DNA of 64,000 nt, taken from NCBI GenBank assembly GCA_044464585.1, contig JBIQLF010000004.1:7487-71486 (forward strand), in the 5' to 3' direction. The notes beneath the pieces were generated by a model, which was not told the origin of the DNA, did not search any database, and saw only the letters and a list, made by a program, of their open reading frames with translations. The translations under genes and the position numbers were made by a program. Origin of the DNA: Thermomicrobia bacterium (GTDB lineage Bacteria; Chloroflexota; Chloroflexia; Thermomicrobiales; UBA6265). Below are positions 57,108 to 64,000 of this stretch, one piece after another. The stretch's first letter is position 1; every line of letters begins with the position of its first letter.

Positions 57108-58075
57108 CTGGACGCTACCTCCGTGACCGAGAGAAGATTCGATGCGTCCTGGAGCATGCGCATAGCCGGCAGCACATCACGTGCAGAGAGCGACGGAGCT
57201 CGTTGCTCGCGGAGCGCGGCCAGGAACTCCGCGTCTTGCGTTCGCCAGGAAAGGTGGTAGTAATCCTCACCCAGACTGGCGGGATCGTCGCACCTGCCAT
57301 TTACATCGGTCATCCGCCCACGATCGAAATGGAAAGACGCTTCTCTTCCAATCATCAAATACTCGTGCAGCGCGAAATGGCTATTGAAGGAAAGACCGAT
57401 CGAAATCAACTGTTGTCTTGGTGTCTTGAGCATCAGGTCGATATCCATCACAGCACCAGTGCCGCGATCGATCTGACTCGATTGCACATGGATCTCAGCT
57501 TCATTTGCGCAGGCGAGCCACATCGCGAGATCGACCGCGTGTCCCCCAAAATGCCAGAGTAAATCGTCGGTCCAGCTCCGCTCACGTCCGGTCCAGCCGA
57601 CGTTGTGCCGGCGAAGCGCCGTCTCTCGCGCGATGATATGGACGAGCTCTACCTCGCCACGATCGATGCGATTCTTGACCGCCCGAATGTTCGGAATGAA
57701 CCGCTCACTGTGAGCCGGCATCAAGACGCGCCCGCGTCGCTCGGCGAGCTCGGTCAATGCCACCGCTTCGTCATATGAGAGCGCCATCGGGATTTCGACG
57801 AGTACGTCTCGTCCCGCCTCCAGGGCAGTTGTTGCCTGTTCGGCATGACAGTGATTCGGACTCGCAATCACAACGGCATCGATCGCCACCGTTTCCAACG
57901 CTCGATCGAGGGCGCCCGTCGCAACTGGAATTCCCAAGCGTTCGGCAAAGGAGGCGGCCGAGGCTGCGGTCCTCCCCACCACACATTCGATCGACGCGCC
58001 GAGCTCGCGAAAAATGCCAACGTGGATCTCGGCAATTGCTCCACATCCAACAATGCAGATTCCAAGGGAAGTCAT
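57104..58075 (-). CDS. Gfo/Idh/MocA-family oxidoreductase
   Basis: Rossmann ICIVGCGAIAEIH and an EIPMAL (EKP-like) motif. ATG at 58075 chosen. Its stop overlaps the downstream gene start. Confidence 0.8.
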   Translation of the reverse strand: MTSLGICIVGCGAIAEIHVGIFRELGASIECVVGRTAASAASFAERLGIPVATGALDRALETVAIDAVVIASPNHCHAEQATTALEAGRDVLVEIPMALSYDEAVALTELAERRGRVLMPAHSERFIPNIRAVKNRIDRGEVELVHIIARETALRRHNVGWTGRERSWTDDLLWHFGGHAVDLAMWLACANEAEIHVQSSQIDRGTGAVMDIDLMLKTPRQQLISIGLSFNSHFALHEYLMIGREASFHFDRGRMTDVNGRCDDPASLGEDYYHLSWRTQDAEFLAALREQRAPSLSARDVLPAMRMLQDASNLLSVTEVASR

Positions 58076-58121
58076 TCGGAGCGAGCAGTCCCTATCAAGC
58101 AAGCAACAGCGGTCGGTCGGA

Positions 58122-59372
58122 TCATGCATGCACCTCGAAGAGTTTGCGGTCGACCGTAGTCAGCGACTCGCTGCCGTTTTCGGTAACGAGAACGGTTTCG
58201 CTGCACATCGCACCGCAGGATCCAAGAATTCGTAATCCCATCGGCACGTGAAAGACCATACCGGGCTGCAAGACTTGCGTACCATCCAGGAAAAGGCTGA
58301 TGGCTCCGTCAGTCCATGATGGGGGGACTGTCGCACCGAGCGAGTATCCGAAGCATCCATGAAAGATGACCCCATCGCCGGCCAGTTCGATCCCCTTCAT
58401 CCCTTCCCGGGCAACGTCATCCGCGGTCGCTCCGGGACGCATGGTCTGAAGCACATTGTTCATAGCCGTGATACACGCGTTCGCCAATCGCTCGACACAC
58501 GGATTCGGTGTCCCCACCGTGACGGTGCGCATGGTCGGCGCCATATATCGGTGATATGCAGCTCCCAGCTCGATGTTCACACCTTCACCAGCATGCATGG
58601 TGACGCGCCGGTGGGTGGAATGAATGATTCCGGCTCGTGGCCCAATGGTCACGATTGGCGCGAGCGAAAGGTACTCACTCCCCGCGGTCATCATGGCCGC
58701 GTACGCGGCCGACGCAACATCGTTATCGGTGGCCCCGTCGGCAACCGCCCCGATCGCTGCCTGCATGCCAAGATCCGTCATTGCAGCGGAACGCCTGAGA
58801 TGCCCAATCTCGAGCGGCGACTTGATCGCTTTGACTCCTTCGACCAACCCTGTTGCATCCACGATCTCGGCATTCGGAAGCATGCCGGCGAGCGTTTCAT
58901 ACTTCCGTGCCGCCACCCCCATGCTGCGGAGCTCGAGTCCGACGCGACCGTTCGCAACTCCGAGCTCGGCCAGTGCGTCACAGGCAGCTCGCATCGGCTG
59001 GCGGAAGGTGGTGTCTGGATATTCGGTGCGTAGGAAGATTCTTGGCTCGTCCACCCACGAATAGATAAGCGCGCCGCCCAGCTCTCGCTCCGGGACGAGC
59101 AGAATGGGATCACCTTCCAGCCCGAGCACCAGACACTCGCTGTCGTACATGTTGATGCTCTGATATCCCGAGAGATAGATCACATTCGGCGCATGATAGA
59201 CGAGCAGCGCATCGATTCCCTGCGCCTGCATCCGCTCGCGAACCCGGGCGATACGTCCGAGATATTCCTCTTTTGGAAATGCAAGATCCTTTGCGCCACC
59301 CGGCAATGCTTCGATGACCGCCAATGTCTTCTCCTTTTTCCCCTCACGTAGGCCCATCGACCGGCTATTCAT
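58122..59372 (-). CDS. M24-family metallopeptidase (Xaa-Pro dipeptidase/creatinase-like)
   Basis: Creatinase-type N-terminal domain plus a pita-bread C-terminal domain (HRRVTMHAGEG..., NIELGAAYHRY, VFHVPMG...SETVLVTENG). Confidence 0.8.
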   Translation of the reverse strand: MNSRSMGLREGKKEKTLAVIEALPGGAKDLAFPKEEYLGRIARVRERMQAQGIDALLVYHAPNVIYLSGYQSINMYDSECLVLGLEGDPILLVPERELGGALIYSWVDEPRIFLRTEYPDTTFRQPMRAACDALAELGVANGRVGLELRSMGVAARKYETLAGMLPNAEIVDATGLVEGVKAIKSPLEIGHLRRSAAMTDLGMQAAIGAVADGATDNDVASAAYAAMMTAGSEYLSLAPIVTIGPRAGIIHSTHRRVTMHAGEGVNIELGAAYHRYMAPTMRTVTVGTPNPCVERLANACITAMNNVLQTMRPGATADDVAREGMKGIELAGDGVIFHGCFGYSLGATVPPSWTDGAISLFLDGTQVLQPGMVFHVPMGLRILGSCGAMCSETVLVTENGSESLTTVDRKLFEVHA

Positions 59373-60318
59373 TCATCGACCTCGGATCGAGCGCATCGCG
59401 CAGGCCGTCACCGATGAAATTCACACTCAGGACGCAAGCGGCAATCAGCAGCCCGGCCGGAACCCAAAGCCACGGCATCCGCTCGATGACATCGACCGCC
59501 CGAGCGGCATTGAGCATGTTCCCCCAGCTTGGCGTCGGTTCCTGTATCCCTAGTCCAAGGAACGACAAGGTCGCTTCCAGCAAGATGTTCCAGGCAACAC
59601 CAAAGGTCGCAGCCACAATGAGCGGCGCCGAGATATTCGGCAGAATATGGCGGAGAATGAGCCTTCTGTTGGTCGCGCCACAACTTTCCGCCGCTTGCAC
59701 GAACTCACGCTCCCGGACGGACATCGTTTGGGCACGCGCAATTCGCGCGTCCCACGGCCAACCCAGCAATCCAAGCGCCAGGATCATGGTCCAGAGTCCT
59801 GGCCCAACCAACGCAACCATCGAAATCAGGATGATCAAGGTGGGAAAGCACATGACGACATCGGTGACACGCATGACCACCGTGTCGACTGGCCCGCGAT
59901 AAAAACCCGCGACGGTTCCCACGGCAATCGAGATCGACATCGACAACGCTACAGATGCGATACCGACCAGCAGCGAGACACGACCTCCATAGAGCAAGCG
60001 GCTGTACACATCCCGACCGACCAGATCGGTGCCCAGCCAATGCGCTCGACTCGGGGACTGCCCAACCGCGGACAGGTCGATCTGATTCGGATTCTGTGTA
60101 CCTAGCCAGGGCGCCAACAGCGATATGGCGATCAACGACCCGAGCACAATGACGCCCAGGATTGCGAGGCGATGCCGGCGAAACCGGCGCCAAACGCTCG
60201 GCCGAGCGCGCAGTCCGCCTGGAACTCCTACGTCACCAGTTACAGAGCCGAACGGCTGAACTTGCTCCACTGACAGGAGAGATGGAGAGCCTTCCTGGGG
60301 CAGTGCCTGTTCGACCAT
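59365..60318 (-). CDS. Peptide/nickel-type ABC transporter permease (DppC/OppC-like)
   Basis: Binding-protein-dependent transport permease with an EAA region (QAAESCGATNRRLILRHILPN). The ATG at 60318 overlaps the upstream stop (TGATG). Confidence 0.85.
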   Translation of the reverse strand: MVEQALPQEGSPSLLSVEQVQPFGSVTGDVGVPGGLRARPSVWRRFRRHRLAILGVIVLGSLIAISLLAPWLGTQNPNQIDLSAVGQSPSRAHWLGTDLVGRDVYSRLLYGGRVSLLVGIASVALSMSISIAVGTVAGFYRGPVDTVVMRVTDVVMCFPTLIILISMVALVGPGLWTMILALGLLGWPWDARIARAQTMSVREREFVQAAESCGATNRRLILRHILPNISAPLIVAATFGVAWNILLEATLSFLGLGIQEPTPSWGNMLNAARAVDVIERMPWLWVPAGLLIAACVLSVNFIGDGLRDALDPRSMNE

Positions 60319-61292
60319 CAGCTCAACCGAATCCGTGGATCGACGATCGCGTAGGCCACGTCGGCGGCTAAGTTGGATAGCAGGACGGCCACTCCAGTCA
60401 ACAGCATCATGGCCATGATGGTGATGAAATCGCGGTTGTAAACGGAATCTAGATAGAGGGATCCGAGTCCGGGCCATTGAAAGACCGATTCCACCACCGC
60501 CGACCCGCCGATCAGCCGCGGAATCATGGTGCCGATGATGGTGATCAACGGCAGCAACGCATTGCGCAAGACATGGCGAGTGAGAACGCGTGACTCGGAG
60601 AGCCCCTTCGCACGGGCCGTATTGACGAAATCGTTTCGAATGACTTCGAGCACACTGGAGCGCGTAAACCGCATCAGAATGCTGATCTGTCCCAGTGAAA
60701 GAACGATTGCCGGCAAAACAATGTGGTGCAGATTGTCGGTAAGTGAATACTGCGCCCCTGGCGTAATACGACCACTAGTCGGCACGAGCTCCAGCCGAAC
60801 CGCCAGAAAGTAGATGAGCAAGATACTGGCGAAGAATTCAGGCAATGAGATTCCGACAAACGATCCAACGGTCAACGAATAATCGAGAAATCCATACTGC
60901 TTGATCGCACAGATGACACCGAGTGGAATACCCACGCAAATCGAAATCAGCAGAGCAACACCCATCAACTCGAGTGTGGGACGAAGACGCTCGCGAAAGA
61001 TGACAGTGGAGACATCGCGCCGGTCGGTGTATCGCTCGCCCAGATTGCCAGTGGCCACCTCGCGCACCCACTTCAGATATCGAACTGGCAAGGGCCGGTC
61101 GAGCCCATGTTCTCTGCGAAGCTCGGCAAGTGCTTCCGGCGTCATAGGGCCCGACCGCCCACCTTCGACATTTGCGACCAGACGGGTCAATGGATCTCCC
61201 GGTGCGTACGCCGTGAACGCAAATGTCAAGATGGATATTCCGATCAGCGTCGGCGCGGCGATCGCCAAGCGGCGCAAGATGTACGCGAGCAT
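60318..61292 (-). CDS. Peptide/nickel-type ABC transporter permease (DppB/OppB-like)
   Basis: N-terminus MLAYILRRLAIAAPTLIGISILTF and the loop TARAKGLSESRVLTRHVLRNAL are typical of DppB. Confidence 0.85.
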   Translation of the reverse strand: MLAYILRRLAIAAPTLIGISILTFAFTAYAPGDPLTRLVANVEGGRSGPMTPEALAELRREHGLDRPLPVRYLKWVREVATGNLGERYTDRRDVSTVIFRERLRPTLELMGVALLISICVGIPLGVICAIKQYGFLDYSLTVGSFVGISLPEFFASILLIYFLAVRLELVPTSGRITPGAQYSLTDNLHHIVLPAIVLSLGQISILMRFTRSSVLEVIRNDFVNTARAKGLSESRVLTRHVLRNALLPLITIIGTMIPRLIGGSAVVESVFQWPGLGSLYLDSVYNRDFITIMAMMLLTGVAVLLSNLAADVAYAIVDPRIRLS

Positions 61293-61367
61293 CCCTAGCT
61301 CCATACTCCACAACGGGAGCATCCGAGCGCGACAAAAGCGCCCGGACGCGATCCCAATCTCGCGGTG

Positions 61368-63089
61368 CTACTCAGCGAAGAACCAGGTCTCATACGCCTG
61401 ATCGTAGTTCCCATCCACATAGTCCTGAGCCCAGTTGCCGTTCACCAGGTTCTCGCGGACCGCAGCAACCCGAATCGGCGCCCAGACCGGCGCATAGGGC
61501 AGATCGGCCGCCATCACATCCTGGATGTCGCGATAGGCCTGCCGCCGCTCCTCGGTATCAACAATCGTGCGTGCCGTCGCAAATTGGGCGTCGAGGTCGG
61601 GGTTGCAGTACCGCCAGAAGTTCGATCCGAACGATTGGTATCCCTGCTCGGGCGTGGTCTCACATCCGACGAATGTCGCAATGAGATCTGGATCTGCGCT
61701 GCCCTGAGCGCCGATATAGGCAACATCGAAGTCACCATCGATCCAGGTCTGAAAGACACTGGCGACATCAACGATACGGACAGATGCCTTGACGCCGACC
61801 GCATTCCAATACTGCTGAACTGCTGCCAGTAGATTCCTCGTCGTTTGATCGTCGTAATAGCTACTGAGCTCGATCTCTCGACTGCCATCCCAATCAGCAT
61901 CCGACAGGAGTTGCTTAGCGGCCTCCGGATCATATGGATAGGTCGCTGGCAGATCGGGATCGGTCCACAACGGATGCGGCATCGGACTCGTCGTCAGTTC
62001 GACGGTATCGCCGAAGAGTCCGTCCCGAACGGCATTGGTATCGATCGCCATCATCAGTGCCTGGCGAACGCGCGTATCCTGCAGATACTCCCGCTGGAAA
62101 TTGAATGCATAGGCATTCGGAAAATCAACCGCCGCTCCAACGATGACCGTGCCCTCGAGCTCGCGCAGACGCGTCAGATCGGGGCCCCCGATCTTCATGA
62201 CCAGATCGACTTCGCCCCGCTCGTAGGCCAACACGGCGGTGGCCTGATCCTGGTACTCGACCGCGATGATGCGATCGAGCAGTGGCGCGCCGTTCCAGTA
62301 ACGTTCGTTCCGCGCGAACTCCGCGAACTGTCCAGGCTCGTACCGCACGAATTGGAACGGACCAGTCCCAATCCACTGCGAGGTCGCCTCGGCAACCTCG
62401 AGATCCTCAGGCGCGATCGGCCCGAAGACATGCTCGGGCAGGATGATCATGGGTGTGAGCTTGAAGAGGAACCCAACCGGCTGCGTCGTTTCCAGCTCGA
62501 TCGTATGGTCGTCGACGACGCGCACACCAGCAATGCGATCCGCCGATCCATCCAAATACGCGTCACCACCTACGAGCAAGTCGAGTCCCAGTGCTGGGCC
62601 AATCGTGCTCGGTCCAGCTGGATTCAGGAATGCATGAATGGTGTAGTCGACATCAGTCGCAGTGAACGGCTCCCCGTCATGCCACGTCACGCCCTGCCGC
62701 AACTGGAGCGTAGCCACCGTGCCATCATCCGACAGGGTCCACGACTCGGCGAGCTCGGGCTTGAATTCGATCAACGTGTGATCGGTGTGGGTGATCAATG
62801 TGTTGAACGCCAGGCGTTTGGCATTCAACCAGGCGGTTGTCTTCCAGAAGTTCGTGTTGTTCTGCCAAAAGTCGGTCAGAAATGCACGGACATCGCCGCC
62901 GCGAACGGGTGCGCATTCCTCGCAGCGATTGAAAACAGGGAACGGGGCCCCGTCCCCAGCGTCTTGCGCGCCAATCGATACCGGCGACCGGCCAATCAAT
63001 CCTGACGCAGCAGTAACAGCGAGAGCGCCTCGCAGAAGCTGTCGGCGATCGACTTGCACGAACTCTGTCTGGGACACGCGCGGTTCCAT
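61368..63089 (-). CDS. ABC transporter substrate-binding protein, family 5 (DppA/OppA-like)
   Basis: Tat-type signal VDRRQLLRGALAVTAASG and a family-5 SBP body of about 570 aa. Confidence 0.85.
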   Translation of the reverse strand: MEPRVSQTEFVQVDRRQLLRGALAVTAASGLIGRSPVSIGAQDAGDGAPFPVFNRCEECAPVRGGDVRAFLTDFWQNNTNFWKTTAWLNAKRLAFNTLITHTDHTLIEFKPELAESWTLSDDGTVATLQLRQGVTWHDGEPFTATDVDYTIHAFLNPAGPSTIGPALGLDLLVGGDAYLDGSADRIAGVRVVDDHTIELETTQPVGFLFKLTPMIILPEHVFGPIAPEDLEVAEATSQWIGTGPFQFVRYEPGQFAEFARNERYWNGAPLLDRIIAVEYQDQATAVLAYERGEVDLVMKIGGPDLTRLRELEGTVIVGAAVDFPNAYAFNFQREYLQDTRVRQALMMAIDTNAVRDGLFGDTVELTTSPMPHPLWTDPDLPATYPYDPEAAKQLLSDADWDGSREIELSSYYDDQTTRNLLAAVQQYWNAVGVKASVRIVDVASVFQTWIDGDFDVAYIGAQGSADPDLIATFVGCETTPEQGYQSFGSNFWRYCNPDLDAQFATARTIVDTEERRQAYRDIQDVMAADLPYAPVWAPIRVAAVRENLVNGNWAQDYVDGNYDQAYETWFFAE

Positions 63090-63142
63090 CTTCACTCTCC
63101 TATGCCTTGTTCGTTGGCCCGAATCGACAATGATTCCTTGGT

Positions 63143-64000
63143 TCAAGCGTCGATCGAAGCTGCATCTGGCGGCAGCCCCGTCAATGCACGCATGGGGTTG
63201 ATGCGAAAGAGCTTCGCTCGCTCTTCCGGTCCGAATCCCGCTCTCTCCAGCTCGTATGCGAACTCGCGTAGGAGATAGCCGTAACCAAATCCGCCGTAGG
63301 TGGTGAGATGTTTCAGCTTACAGACATCGTGGGAGACGAGTATCTGATCCAGATACCCCTGATCGGTCAATCGTTGGATCCAGCGGAGATGCCGATCGAT
63401 TTCCCAGCGGCTGTTGCCGCGCACCAGATCGAACTCGACATAGGCTCCCCGTGCCGCGACGGCCGTGTGATATGCCGGGTCGGTACAGCTATCGCAATGG
63501 CTGACGATGACTCGGGTAAGATCGACCCCCTCTTCTTCGAAGATATCGAGCTGTGCGAGTCCAATCGGCGAAAAGTCACCGTGCGTGATGATCGAGCGGC
63601 CAGTCTCGTGATGCGCGCGCGCGGCGGCACGCAATACGCGCTCCTCGACTGGAGTCACATAATCACCGCGGCAACCCACCTCGCCAATGATTCCCGCCCG
63701 CACGCCGGTTCCCGGCACGTCGCGAGTGAGATCCCGCACAATCTCGTCGGCAATCTCGTTTGCAGTCCTGCGCCAAAGCTCCTGGGCGTAACATCCCTCG
63801 TGATACCAACCCGACCCCATGACGATGTTGATGCCCGTCGCCTCGGCGACCCGAGCAAGTCCGGCAGGATCACGTCCGATACCGCAGCTGGTTACATCGA
63901 CAATCGTGGTTCCGCCCAGCTCGCGAAAGAGCTCGACTTCCTGGATCGCCAGATCGACATCGTCGATCCACAGATCGGCATCCCATCGGACCGCATTGAG
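63143..64000 (-). CDS. Phosphotriesterase-family (PTE/PHP) amidohydrolase, 5' end outside the window
   Basis: TGINIVMGSGWY, GIIGEVG, ITHGD and VSHD motifs of the PTE homology family. The frame stays open to the window edge. Confidence 0.8.
   Translation of the reverse strand, partial: LNAVRWDADLWIDDVDLAIQEVELFRELGGTTIVDVTSCGIGRDPAGLARVAEATGINIVMGSGWYHEGCYAQELWRRTANEIADEIVRDLTRDVPGTGVRAGIIGEVGCRGDYVTPVEERVLRAAARAHHETGRSIITHGDFSPIGLAQLDIFEEEGVDLTRVIVSHCDSCTDPAYHTAVAARGAYVEFDLVRGNSRWEIDRHLRWIQRLTDQGYLDQILVSHDVCKLKHLTTYGGFGYGYLLREFAYELERAGFGPEERAKLFRINPMRALTGLPPDAASIDA

Overview
GC-rich bacterial chromosomal segment, read by eye and not computed. It is gene-dense and mostly housekeeping, with no rRNA operon and no CRISPR array. 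All family calls come from motif recognition in the supplied ORF translations; no database search was possible.

Gene content in order:
- radC, then divergent ftsY-ffh.
- A glutaredoxin-PDZ fusion, mgtC, a SprT-like zinc-ribbon protein and an orphan receiver domain.
- A minus-strand pstSCAB-phoU operon preceded by an S41 peptidase.
- coaX, then an EF-G2-type paralog overlapping an RNase H gene.
- tRNA-Val and a D-Ala-D-Ala carboxypeptidase.
- A T-box leader followed by thrS-pfpI-HAD-MBL.
- A sugar ABC transporter, a split transketolase and iolG-iolB-iolD.
- tRNA-Asp carrying a 4.1-kb decayed integrative element bounded by a perfect 19-bp direct repeat. The element holds a serine-recombinase pseudogene, an XRE regulator, an intact APH-like kinase, a primase remnant and a small HTH protein.
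- A Thermus-type respiratory nitrate reductase cluster (narC-like cytochrome c, narGHJI, an FmdE-like gene, narK), with a PAS-GAF-GAF-SARP/BTAD regulator and a small conserved-looking ORF upstream.
- A type I-alpha DAHP synthase with an extra N-terminal domain.
- An S58 peptidase, a GNAT, a Kef-type antiporter and a Zn-ADH.
- A tRNA-Ser/Ser/Arg cluster followed by a probable IS remnant.
- A catabolic cluster: SelA/DgaE-like PLP enzyme, Gfo/Idh/MocA oxidoreductase, M24 peptidase, Dpp-type ABC components and a phosphotriesterase-family protein truncated by the window end.

I did not find a canonical defence, toxin-antitoxin or CRISPR system. The best candidates for something undescribed are:
- the nitrate-reductase accessory module (FmdE-like gene coupled to narI, the multi-sensor SARP regulator, the 81-codon ORF);
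- the tRNA-Asp island and its intact kinase cargo;
- the DAHP synthase domain fusion.

Many long ORFs in the track are antisense or alternate-frame artefacts of high GC and are not reported as genes.
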